A stretch of 63,846 nucleotides of DNA, counting the filler, from Reticulomyxa filosa (Eukaryota > Protista > Foraminifera), in NCBI GenBank assembly GCA_000512085.1. It is 14 parts of 14 records of this genome, joined end to end, with 100 filler letters (N's around TTAATTAATTAA, not from the genome) between each part and the next. Parts side by side here need not be neighbours in the genome. Positions count along the whole stretch, not along the records: positions 37,252 to 51,920 come from ASPP01020037.1; positions 52,021 to 55,495 come from ASPP01008451.1; 12 more parts are not named here. The stretch is one strand, 5' to 3'. Shown in pieces: positions 37,297 through 52,871 of the stretch; within the stretch, counting starts at the first letter, position 1; the number at the start of each line of letters is the position of its first letter. The notes below the pieces were generated by a model. It was not told where the DNA came from and did not search any database. It saw only the letters and a program-made list of their open reading frames with translations. Made by a program: the position numbers and the translations under genes.

Positions 37297-40200
37297 TGAC
37301 AAAAAGGCAATATCACATGGATTGGCATTTGCAAACTGCTACCGTGGATTGTGATAGATGATGTGAACGTGGAAGACCCGCAATTGGCGATCGTGATGAC
37401 TGTGCTTGAGACGAATGAGCACTTGGAATCGCTGGAGATCCATCGCGTCAACTTTGCGAAGAAATCGTGCCAAACATTATCTGCGAGCATTGCATTGCGA
37501 ACCACCAAGTGCGTGTTGAACGAGTTGAACATCATTGATTGCCATTTGGATCGAAGTTTATTGTTGCTGTTGGCACCCGCTTTTAATCTTTTGCAATTGC
37601 GACGTGTGCGCATTATCAATTGTTTTTTGAACAACAAAGTTAGTTTTTTTTTGGAATATATACACATATACAAATACATATACATATATAGGTATATATA
37701 TATATATTTATGTATATGTGTATATTTGTTTATTTAATGTATGTGTGCGTTTTTTTTTCCATCCATTCATTGCCATTTTTTTTATTTTTTTATTTTTTTA
37801 AAAAAAAGGGCTGCCAAACACTTTGCAACGCGTTGGAAGAAAGTAAGCAGTACGCGACATTGAATCATATAAATATGAGCAAAAATCATTTCGGATCGAG
37901 TGGCAGCAAAGCGTTGGCATCGTTGATAGAGAAGTGCGGCTCGTTGTTTCGCTTGGTGATGATGCAATGCGACTTGGACGGCAACGAGTTTATCCCGGCG
38001 TTGAACACGCGACCGAATTCCGGGAAGGATCACCATCAGAACTTGGCACTTTGGGACACGTTGACGTACTTAGACCTGAGTAACAACAGCATTGGCGACA
38101 AAGGCAGCACCGCGTTGGGTGTGTTTTTGGAGAACAGTCGTGTCATTAACTTGGTCAAGCTGTCGAATTGCAGTCTGTCTCCGATCCAGCTGCAGCGAAT
38201 CTTCCGTGGGGCCATGGTTAATCAAAATGGGTTTAATGTGAAGGATCAGCTGTTTGGTACGACTTCGTCAACAACAACAACAACAAGCACTACAAGCACA
38301 AATACAGCTTCGAGTAACAGTGATCCTGTTTCACCGTTGCAAAAGCCAACCTCGCCATCCAACTCACAATCTCTACCTGGAGGAGCATTTGGAGTTATAG
38401 CCTCTCCCTCCTCCCCAACCTCTGCTTCATCATCATTATCAACAACAACAGTTTCATCCGTTACAGGCGCAGGTGCAGGTGCCACGTCGCCCTTCTCTTC
38501 GTTCACATTCCTTCCCACCAAACGTCCAACGCAAGACGAAATACTGTTCGCCAGCAATCTGCTGAGCCTGTCATTGGACTTGAGCGAGAACAACCTGGGA
38601 GGCAAAGGTGTCGACGTGCTCGTGCAGGAACTGGTGGCGCGGGAGAACTACACGATTGTGAGCTTGAACTTAGCGAAGAACAATCTGAACGTGGCCGAGT
38701 TGAGTCAAGTGATTCGCAGCTTGACCAATTTGGCATGTTTGGAGCGCTTGTGTGTGAGCGAAAATGTAAAAAAAGGGTCGTTTGGCAAAAACGCAGATAG
38801 CAAAGGGGACATTGGCTCGGCCTTGTCATTGTTATGTCGCAATGTGCCGACATTGAATGAGATCGCCATCACTGGGAATGACAAGCAATCGTATTGCATT
38901 GACATTGGCTTGCTACCGTTTGTGGAAACGTTACCGTATTTAAGCAACTTGGAGTTTATCGATATAAGTGGTAACAAATGGGGTCAATACAACAACGGCG
39001 CCTTATGGAAGACGTGGCTGGAAATGGTAAGTAAGAATCGCAACTTGCATGTTATCAAATTTTTTGGAAACAAAATATCCACCGAACAAATTTACAATAC
39101 GTTGGAAGTATTGGCTTGCCACACAAGCGTGTTTGAAAAACTCCCCAAACTCGAGCTCAAACAACTGCTGCAAAAAAACGCCAAGAAACAATCGGAAATT
39201 GAAGACCTCATCGAACAGGTGAAAAAACAATTCAAGGAAAATCGCATTCAATACGAAATGGATCAACAAATGATCAATGCCTTACCTATCGAGTTCCGTG
39301 TCGAAAAAGAATTACGTCGTCAGGTCGGCTGTCAGTTTGGAATTCCAATCGAACGTATACGTGGCACCATACGCTTCCCCGATTATCAGTCACGTATCCC
39401 GCAAATATTGGTGCGCTTGCGCGATTGCTTGAAAGCCAAAGACGGTCTCAAGCAAGAAGGCATCTTTCGATTGCAGCCCGATGCGAAAAAGTTTGACCAC
39501 ACCAAGTTAATGCTCGATTCCAACGTGTTTGAAAATGACATGCATCACAATTGTGTCGCCAATGCGATCAAAGTTTGGTATCGAGATCTGCCTATCAAAG
39601 TGCTGCATACGGTTCCTTTGGAACGCATTGAAAAATCCTCTGCCGTCGAAGATGCTGCGGATGTCATTGCTAAATGTTTGACCGAACCCCACAAAAGCGT
39701 GTTCGAATGGCTGCTCGACCTCGCCGTCGAAGTGTGCGAACACAAGGATATTAACCGCATGGACGCAAAAAATATGGCCGTGGTCTTGTCCCCCAATCTC
39801 TACGATACCTCGCTCTTGCCCACCACGCAAGCCTTGGTCTTCAGTCAATCGCTTTTGAAGTTCACCGAAGCCGCCATCAAATGGAGGATCGAGTTCCGAA
39901 AAACTCATCCTTATCGTCCCCCTGACGACATGCCCTCGCTCAAAGCCGGCATCACGGTTGTTCGAGAGAAAACATTGTCACCCAATCTAGGTCGAGGTGG
40001 TAATGATGACGATGATGACGATGATGACGAAGATGATGATGAGGATCGACGCTATGTGGAACAAGAAGATGAAAAAAGCCGAGACCCGGACAAATCGGAA
40101 TCCGATGACACTTCCAAACAAGACACCACTAAAGCATCACAGACCAATGAACAGCGTCTCAGTAACACGTCCAACAATACACATTCGTCCGAACAAGAGC

Positions 40201-41018
40201 ACGCTGACAAAAAACTCACTTTGACGAGTACTACCTCAAATCCTTCAGAACAAAAAGATTCAGATACTCGTGACGCTCGTTTGACCATTGATATTGTAAT
40301 TAAAGCTATTCAAAAACAAAACTTTTTTTTTTTTTGATTGGTTTCAAGTATTTATACGTATACTTTGCTTTTGTCCTACGATTCAAATAGACAGATGTAG
40401 GGAAAATGGAAAATGAGAGTGGCTTCGTGGCTAGCTTCAAAAAAGGCCGGTCTAGCTCGAGGGCAGACGCAGATTTGCAAATGCGAAATCGTGGCCAATC
40501 GACACATCGCAAAAAACCTCCTGCTCCGCCTCTCTCAAGGAAAAGCACCGGGGTGATGAGCTTGGGAGTGACGCTGAACACTCCGGAATCTCCATCCGCT
40601 GAAGAAGATCAAAAAAGTGACGAAGTCGCCAATGCTTCGACCCAATCCGAGCCCACTGATGAAAACGTAACCGTTGTGCGCTCACAAACTCTGGACGAAG
40701 ATGACGCTGATTCGGATGATGACTCCCATTATAGGAGGCCTCCACCACCCGCAGGTCTATCTTTATTGTATTTCAACTTTTGTTATTGTTGTTCTTTACA
40801 CCGTCACATTTGTTTATCTGCTGAACTATATATGTGTTGATTTGAAATATTGTTATGACAGCACGCCAAAAGTCAAGACAACAAAAAAAGGATATCAATG
40901 AGGTAAGTTTTTTTTTCTTCCGTCTTTTCTCTCCCCCCAAGATCCAACTTTTTTTTTGGGTCTTTGTTCTTGTTCTCAGCTGATCCCCGAAGATGAAGAA
41001 GTAGAAAACAAAAGTTAG
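37297..41018 (+). CDS. LRR (RI/CARMIL-like) + RhoGAP protein with acidic/proline-rich tail, 5' truncated
   Basis: Multiple LxLSxNx repeats. GAP domain FGIP...IPQIL...GLKQEGIFRL (arginine finger), KVWYRDLP, NRMDAKNMAVVLSPNL. Terminal exons end at TAG 41016-41018. Confidence 0.9.
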
Positions 41019-41367
41019 AACTTAGAAGTAAGCTTGTACCTAAACGTGTCTAACACAACCAACGCGACAGTTTTAGACGACACTTTCATATATTAATTTC
41101 GTTTTTGTATATGTGTCTGTGCTTTGGCTTGGAAAAATATACAAACTCTGTGAGCCATCAAAACGCTCTCCTAAAAAATTTTTTTTTCTTGTCAATTATG
41201 TAACTAAACTTTTCCTTTGATTCTTTACCACTGAGATATCTTTCTTTACCGGTTTTTTTTTGGTACAAACTAAATCGAAGGGACACACTTTCCAACGTTC
41301 TCAAAATCGGTTCTCAATTTATCAATCAAAAATACTGTTCGCTTCCTAAATACTCAGCTATCCAAAA

Positions 41368-43534
41368 ATGTCAAACACAAAGGGTGATATTAAACAAGAG
41401 AAAGAAAAGCAAAAAGATGTGCGGCTTTCAAATATGTTGGCAGCAAGAGGAGTAGCCGACGCCGTCCGAACAAGTTTAGGACCAAAAGGAATGGATAAAA
41501 TGATAACCGATTCAAGTGGCGATGTGATTATAACTAACGATGGGTACTTATGTTTTCCCCACATATAGATATGTTCACTTTGTTGTATGTGTTGAAGTGA
41601 TGAATGAAAGGGGGGATGAGAGATTTTTTTTGAAGTTATTTCAAAGGTGTAAATTTTGTGATTGAACAGAGCCACGATTTTGAGCAAAATGGAAGTGGAA
41701 CATCCCGCAGCCAAAATGGTGTGTTTTTTTTGCCTTCAACGTTTTAGCCTTTGTTTGGTAAATTGAATCCGCGAAAACGCACAATTTTGAACAAATAATA
41801 AGCAATGGCAAAAAAAAAAAAAATTAAAGTTGGTGGAATTGTCAAAGTCGCAAGATGTTGAAGCAGGTGATGGAACCACAAGTGTGTGCGTGTTGGCAGG
41901 AAGTTTATTGGAGACAGCCGAATTTTTGCTTTCCCGAGGAATTCATCCAGGGTTTTTGGCAGACACATGGAAATTGGCATCGGGCAAAGCAGTGGAGATA
42001 TTGCGCAATACCAGTGTGCCCGTGGACTTGACAGACAAAGATGCGTTAATTCGAGCAGCCACGACGTCGCTGTCCAGCAAAGTAGTATCTCAGTACTCGA
42101 ATGTGTTGGCTCCAATAGCAGTGGACGCAGTGTTGAGTGTGATCGACCCAAAGACAGCAACCAACGTCGACTTGCGAGACATTCGAGTTGTCACAAGATT
42201 GGGCGAGACCATTGAAGAAACCAAATTGATCGATGGGATTGTATTCAAACAAGAGGCTTCAAAAGGAGCGGGTGGTCCAATAAGAATTGAAAATCCAAAA
42301 ATTGGATTAATCCAATTTCAAATCAGTCCACCCAAAACTGACGTTTCGAAATTTTTTTATTTGTTTATTTTTTTTAAAAAAAATTAATAATGACGATTGT
42401 TGCAACAATGTGTAGTAATCAAATGTTGTCGCTCAACCACTTTCCCCCTCCCCTCTTCCCCTCTACGGTTCAAAATTTGCGCCGTGGTGTTTCAATACTT
42501 GATGTACGCACGAGTTGGCGCGTACCTTTTGTCATTTTAATAAATGTAGTCAAAACAGAAATACATTGAAAATATGAACAAACAAACAAAAAACAACTTA
42601 GATGGAGGCAGAGTGTGTGGTTGGCAATCAAGAAGAAATTGACAAAATTGCTCGTGATGAGAAAAAATATATATCGGATATTGTTAAAAAAGTGTTAAAG
42701 ATTGGATGTAATGTATTGTTGATTCAAAAAAGCATTTTGAGAGATGCCGTCAATATCTTGGGAAGTCATTACTTGGCCAAAAAAGGAATCATGGTCATCA
42801 AAGACATCGAGCGTGTGGATATGCCTTTTGTTGCCAAAGCATTGGGCTGCAAACCTTGTGCTTCTTTGGATCATTTCACCAAAGACAAATTAGGTGAGGC
42901 CAAACTAGTGGAAGAAATTGGAACACCTGGTGGACGAATTGTTAAAATTACTGGAGTCAAAAATCCTGGAAAAACAGTCAGCGTGTTGGTCAGAGGCTCG
43001 AACCAATTAGTCCTCGAAGAGGCAGAACGAAGTTTGCATGATGCCTTGTGTGTGGTGCGCTCCTTGGTTAAAGAACGACATTTAATTGCTGGAGGTGGAG
43101 CACCTGAAGCAGAATTACGTGTTGCTTTAAGTCGATATGCTGATACTTTAGATGGATCCCAAAGTGACTGTGTTCGAGCATTCGCCGATGCTTTGGAAGT
43201 TATTCCTTATACTTTGGCCGAAAATGCTGGTTTGAACCCCATTGACATTGTCACTTCATTGATCACTGCACATTTTAAGGGCCAAAAATTTGCTGGAATT
43301 GACGTGAAAAATGTTTGTAATCTTTTTGTTTATTTGTAACATTTCAAGATATTCGTGCCGTGTATGTACACTTTTGTAATATGCAAACAAAAAAATAAAA
43401 AGGGAGAGGTGGTCGAGGACATTTTCAAACAAAATGTCATCCAACCATTGTTGGTAAACACCAGCGCTATCAATTTAGCAACTGAGTTTGTCAGAATGCT
43501 GTTGAAAGTGGACGACATTATTACCTGCAGATAA
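41368..43534 (+). CDS. CCT4: T-complex protein 1 subunit delta (CCT4), 5 exons
   Basis: [76 protein letters not shown]. Confidence 0.97.
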
Positions 43535-44183
43535 ACAAATCTTGTCCCATAAAATTCTATAGAATTCGTGGAGGAGCTTTTTTCTTTTTGTGTGTGTTTT
43601 TTGGATAGTTTGGTTTGTTGATTTAAAAAAAAGTTGCCATTGTTGCCAAGTTTAAAAAACAAGAAAGATTTGGCTTCCGGTATGTGCAAAGCGCCTTCAC
43701 GCATTTGCTCAATTAAATTTCTAAAATTCACAATGATATTTTGTAAGTGAAATCAGTATGTTAAATTCCAATAATGCAGTCGAGAAATTTCATTGACAAC
43801 ACAAGGGGGAAACTTCTTGCTGATACGTTTTTAAAAAGTTTCTCTAAAACATTTTTAGGTTCAAGCAAAGTGATTGTAAACTCAAGTAATTTTTCTTGAA
43901 CAAAAGTTCAGTGGATCGCTCCTTCTTTGAAAAAGAGCCTCGCTCAACAGCATCATTAAGATTCAAAGCTTTTGCGATCGATTTTGCTTCCATACGAGGA
44001 GTGAATTATACAAAGTAAGTCAAAAAAGTTGTAGCAAGAAGGGTTTTCCAATGTTCGTATCAATTGTTGCGAACTTGCGCTCACAAGGGTCCATCTCAAA
44101 AAGTTCAGACACCTTGGACGAGTTCGAAATTTGTTGAACCAAAAAATTAGTTGCTTGTTGTAACGGCAACAAAAAAAAAGAAA

Positions 44184-44686
44184 ATGAGTCGAAGCCCAAA
44201 CCACGAAACTACTGAAAAACAGCCTGAGACTACTTCAACCAACAAAGAGATACCAGCAAACGGCACTGCAAATAATGCTGCCGGTGCATCAACAACCGAA
44301 AATCCATCTGATCATTTGAATTTGAAAGTGAAAGCTCAAGATGGCACCGAAGTGTATTTCAAAGTGAAACAGTCAACAAAATTAAAAAATTGATGGATGC
44401 CTATTGTTCTCGTGTTGCAAAAGAACCGGGAACTATTCGTTTTTTGTTTGATGGAGAAAGAATTCAACCCGATTCGACACCTCAACAACTTGGGATGGAA
44501 AATGAAGACGAAATTGACGCAATGGTAGAGCAGCAAGGGGGGAGACTCAAACCGAGCGAAAAAGATAGTTGGTCAATTGTTGAGGAATATTTTTTTATTT
44601 TGGCTAATGATGAATTTTTTTCTCCGAGCTACTCCCTGTTTTCACATTGGTATTTAAAGTCCAAAACTTGCGATGAAATCAATTGA
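44184..44686 (+). CDS. SUMO: SUMO (Smt3-like); 1-nt shortfall in an A-run at ~44384-44389
   Basis: HLNLKVKAQDGTEVYFKVK-STKLK[K]LMDAYC...RFLFDGERI...LGMENEDEIDAMVEQQGG. Confidence 0.93.
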
Positions 44687-44784
44687 TAGACAATAAATTA
44701 TTTAGTACAAGCATACTCAAGCGGACAAAAAAAGCTTATTATTTCTTTAGTATTGCTATAATTTCGTCCGCCAATTGGCGATTT

Positions 44785-46156
44785 TTATGAAGAGCGTGAA
44801 ATATGTTTTCTTCTTGTTGGACAAAATACTTTTCGCTCCTCAATTTTGTAACAACCCCAAAAGGTTGATGGAGAATAGGATTTCTGCCTGCACGATTGTG
44901 GTGACGCTATTGTCAGGACATAGTCAGTGTGAAAAAAATTTAATACAATGTTTTCGTCTTTCTTTCTTAACTGTACCACCAATGGGATCAAAGCAAACTC
45001 TTCTTCTAAAATTTGCCGAGATTTTGTTCTATGGCAATTTAAAAGTAAAGTCACACTAATGTTTATCTCTGGCTTTTTTCTTTTTTTAACTCACGGCTGA
45101 ATATGTCTTGGCAAAAGAGTCGTCACTATGATCATTTCTTTGTGAAATCACTGGGCTCTCTGTTCGTTAAAAAAATCAAACGGATTATACTCTCAAATAG
45201 AAAATTACAAGAGTAGGCTCCCATACTTGTACATAAGAGACCCTTCATGAAATTTGTCTTCACATAATAACACAGCAAAAAAAAGTACAGCCATACTTGT
45301 CAAAGAGGTTTCGCGCGACCGTTGCTCTTCATATTCTGTGAAAAATCTTGCGCGCGGTGGTGTTTCGGTTTCCTATTTCGTACAAGTGTTAAGATGTTTT
45401 ATCTCTCCAAGCGTTTTTGCTGTGAGCAAAGATAAGAAGTTTGAGGGATGGATTTCGGTAACGTACTTGTGCCGTCGCGACTGCAATACTTTTTTCTTTC
45501 ATTGGGGTGGTGTGGCTCTTGCTAGTACTTGGCTGTGTTTCGACCTTGACACCCGTAAACATCTTTTATTTATCCAAATATTTTTTGTTCATTTTTTTTA
45601 AGCGTTTGTGATTGACTGTCTTTTTTTTTTTGTGGATAATATCTTGGAACGTGCCAGAAAAACAAAAACCAAAATTCTAAACTTCGAATTTATTCATTGC
45701 AATAGCAGATCTGGGAGGTGTTGTGGCCTTATTTTCTTCTGTTTTGCTTGCGATAACATCAAGGTCACAAGTTTTATCATGTTGCGAAGTCTCATCTTGC
45801 GTCACAACCGTAGGCATTCCTTATCACTGTCATCGTCCACTATTGATTTATACGTATTGTAATTGAATACTAAATTTTTTCTTCCAGCTTTTTTAAAAAA
45901 TTTACGCGTGTGTTTTCAGCAGCTGCTGCTTAAAGCAAATAATACAAAAAAAAAACAACAAATCTAAAAAAAAGTAAATAGACTAATCCTAATCGCTTTT
46001 TCTCGTTTGTACCAAACTTATTGAATAATGTCGCTTTTGTCTAAATGCACAAATTAAAAAAAAGAAACTAGTGTTCGGATAGTAAAAAAAAGAAACTAGT
46101 GTCGGATAGTAAAAAACACAAACAAACTTCGGTACTTCTGTAACTCTGCTCGTCAT
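44785..46156 (-). CDS. Hypothetical multi-exon low-complexity protein (exon boundaries uncertain)
   Basis: GC-richer open blocks (MPTVVTQDETSQH..., MFTGVKVETQPSTS..., ETETPPRARFFTEYEE...) flanked by GT/AG. No recognised domain. Confidence 0.35.
46056..46110. repeat. Tandem duplication of ~28 bp (AAAAAAAAGAAACTAGTGTTCGGATAGT)
   Basis: Two adjacent copies differing by one T. Confidence 0.8.
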
Positions 46157-47201
46157 TTTTGTTCAAAAACTGTCGAGATTCTCGTTTTTTCTTTAGGAGA
46201 AACAATTATTTGGCAAAGAAAAGCAAACAACAAGGATGGCTTTTTACAAAAAGCAACCCCTTGAAAAAATAGTTGTAGAATATGCCAAACCCATTTTCCA
46301 CGTACAAAAAACGTGAGCTCTTTTTTTTGTTAAAAAATTTTTTGGAGAAAAAAAAAACTAGTATGTATCAACGTAGTGTGTTTTTTCGCAGAATGTTAAC
46401 GCGCTTTACTTTTGCTCTGACAACAAACAAGCTGAACTCGAGCATTTGAATGAATGTGAAGCATTCAGAAATATCTGTAAAATTAAATTTTTTGAGATGT
46501 TCAAGAAATTTTTTGGTTTGAGCTGGTCCTCACCAATAAAGACCATTGACTTTGAATAAATCAATTGTTTAACAAAGCACTTTTTTATTTCAATTTTTTT
46601 GCTTTGTTTATTGTGTATGTATTTGCTTAGTGCAACATCGCCCACTTGTTTTATACGTCCTTTGGATATTTCCAAAATTCAGACGAAAATTAATCTAAAA
46701 CTTGGGCCAGACAAACTGCACTCATGGTCAGTCCTTTTTTCTGAAGAATTACTCAAATAACGGATTGGTCATCTAGCTTTTGTAACTTATCTCTAGGCTT
46801 TTTTTTTACTGGCGACAGCATCAAGCCCTTGTACTTCACAAAACACAGTAAGACTCCCAGAGCTCTAAGCTTTGTTTCTAAAATTATTTGGGGGCTTTGT
46901 TTCAAATAATATTTTCGTTTCAGACCTCTAATGCTTTTGACAAGAGCTTTCTCATTACTGTTTTCCTTATAAATTAGAATTATGAAAATTACGGAAGTAT
47001 ACTTTATGCCCTTCTTCACTTTTAAGACGCTGAAACCACAAGCAATTTTATTAAAATTATAAAAGTTTACAACTTTTTCATGGTTAATACGATCAGACGA
47101 GTATGGAATCGGTTTAATGTGGTTACTATCGTTTTTTTGTACCTTTTTTCCTTTCTTTTGTTTGCTCTTTCTCACATTGGCGAATCACCAACAAAAAAAG
47201 A

Positions 47202-50948
<3,747 letters not shown>

Positions 50949-51450
50949 AAATGCGTCGGGAGTAATAAAAAACGGATTGGAAGAGAAGCGCTTTTGTTGT
51001 AATATACTGTGAAGATTTGCACTTTGTGCCCGCTATTTGCTTGCGGTGTTTAAAACGGCGTCTTGAGATAATCGTTACCAAAAACAATCAATTTTCTTTA
51101 CTTCACTTTGTGGAATGAAAAAAATCCAAAGTTCACAAAACGATTCAGAATGCACGAAAATAAGCAATCTTTTCTTAACTAGTACAAGACGTCACTTCTC
51201 TAAAAAAATAATTGTTTTCTAAATTGACAAAAAATAGTTTCTTTTAAAAAAAGAGCTTTTTCACTGTAACAGACTTACGTCACAATGGAGTCGGTATGAT
51301 TCCAAATATACAAATTGTTCTTTTTAATTTAATTTCAAAAACGCATTCTTACTTTTCTTAAAACGTGCTTTTCCTCTCCAGGTTCTCTACATTTGGCACC
51401 CACTGTTTGCGCGAACGATGAAATCAGTTGCATTAGACGCAAATACATAA

Positions 51451-51623
51451 TTGCTAGGAATGGTTCAATGGATCGCACGTTTCATACCTAATATTACGGA
51501 ATTAACATCAAAATTATCACAACTACTGCAAAAGAATGTGAGTTAGAAATGGACTACAATACATGACGAAGCATTTGAACATTTAAAAAAGGCAATTGAA
51601 AATACAAAGCTGCTACATCATTA
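51451..51623 (+). mobile_element. Ty3/gypsy LTR-retrotransposon pol fragment (RT thumb/connection)
   Basis: LLGMVQWIARFIPNITELTSKLSQLLQKNVS*KWTTIHDEAFEHLKKAIENTKLLHH, with an in-frame stop. Confidence 0.8.
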
Positions 51624-51909
51624 TAGTAGGATAAAAAAGAAAGTTGACACCTAAAATGCCGCCTTATAGAGATAATTGTGTTTCTCCATGAAAAAACAAC
51701 ATTTAATTAACATTTTTTAAAAAATATCTACGAATCAGTAGTTTTTAAATTTAGTTTTTTATTAAGTCTTTAAAATTTTCAAAAATTTTAATCTTTCATT
51801 TACTTTAAAAAAAATTTTTGTGGTGCCTGCGTATGATAAGATTTGTTTTTTAAAATTTAATTCAAGTCTGCCAACGTGTTATATCTACTTTGGCTTTTTT
51901 AACTGACTG
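51624..51909 (+). mobile_element. Non-autonomous Tc1-like family B element (~286 bp), TA-flanked
   Basis: Left end TA|TAGTAGGATAAAAAAGAAAGTTGAC. Imperfect right end ...CTTTTTTAACTGACTG|TA. Body matches 54200-54390. Confidence 0.65.
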
Positions 51910-52020
51910 TATTTTCTTTGNNNNNNNNNNNNNNNNNNNNNNNNNNNNNNNNNNNNNNNNNNNNTTAATTAATTAANNNNNNNNNNNNNNNNNNNNNNNN
52001 NNNNNNNNNNNNNNNNNNNN

Positions 52021-52098
52021 ATGTTATTTTTTCGTGGAGAAACACAATCATCTCTATAAGTTGTCATTTTAGGGTCAACTTTCTTTTTTATCTTACTG
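52021..52098 (-). mobile_element. Terminal fragment of Tc1-like family B element
   Basis: Close reverse complement of 51624-51702. Ends CTTACTG|TA. Confidence 0.8.
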
Positions 52099-52100
52099 TA

Positions 52101-52579
52101 TTATATCTCAGTCTTGACATATCACATCAAAAGATAGCATGTCAAGAATGCAAATCTGAAATGTACAAAAATTATTATCATGCACTCACTTGCCCATATG
52201 GAAAAGATCGAATTGCAAGACATGATTTGGTGGTCGCAGTATTTCCAAATGCATGTCTCCAGCACAAAGTGGAATATCGTGAATGTTTTAATGGAAAATA
52301 ACGTCACTGTGATATCGCCTTGAAATGGTTCGGTAGCGCGCCGATATGACTCTATTCGACGTTAGATTACTCACAACATGCAAGCATCAAACAACAATCA
52401 CACAAGGCTAAATGCGTCCGAACTACTGTTCCAGAAAAACAAACAAAAAATATCGAGAAATGTGCGGCTGGCACCCCAAAGCAAAAGAATTCTTCAATGC
52501 TCTAGCAAAAGTATTGGCAGACAAAAAACACACAGCCTTTGATGATTTATTGTTAGATATTCATATAGAATTCAGTGTA
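52101..52579 (+). mobile_element. RLE-type (CRE/R2-like) non-LTR retrotransposon C-terminal fragment
   Basis: CQECKSEMYKNYYHALTCPYGKDRIARHDLVV (CCHC knuckle + RHD), then R.CDI, LFDVR, KKY, GWHPKAKEFFNALA. Contains a stop and frameshifts. Confidence 0.8.
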
Positions 52580-52581
52580 TA

Positions 52582-52871
52582 CAGTTGCGGCAAAAGTGTT
52601 TGTATGTTGCGAATTTCTGAGTTTTTACTTAAATGCAAATATCCGCATAATGAAAAAAGATAATTTTCTGAAAATTTATATGAGTTATATCTTAAATTTA
52701 TAATCTAGAAATATGTAATTTTTTGATTTTTAGATTGATAATTTATAGATTATAACTTAAGATATAACTCATATAAATTTTCAGAAAATTATCTTTTTTC
52801 ATTATGCAGATATTTGCATGTAGTAAAAAACTTCAGAAAATTCGCAACATGAACACTTTTGACCACAATTG
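52582..52871. mobile_element. Hairpin MITE (family A), 290 bp, ~125-bp inverted arms, TA target duplication
   Basis: TA|CAGTTGCGGCAAAAGTGTT...TATAATCTA, ~40-bp loop, TAGATTATA...AACACTTTTGACCACAATTG|TA. Confidence 0.9.

Noticed and set aside
38246-40288. Antisense ORFs opposite the LRR-RhoGAP and similar shadow ORFs elsewhere
   Set aside because: By-products of GC-richer coding sequence with no independent motifs.
40440-40530. CPI (capping-protein interaction) motif in the LRR-RhoGAP tail
   Set aside because: LQMRNRGQSTHRKKPP does not fit LxHxTxxRPK.
44380-44395. Programmed frameshift or pseudogenisation of SUMO
   Set aside because: One missing A in a homopolymer with a well conserved protein on both sides; most likely a sequencing error.
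51624-52098. Apparent inverted repeat spanning the linker (51624-51702 vs 52021-52098)
   Set aside because: The two arms lie on different contigs; they are separate copies of a dispersed element.
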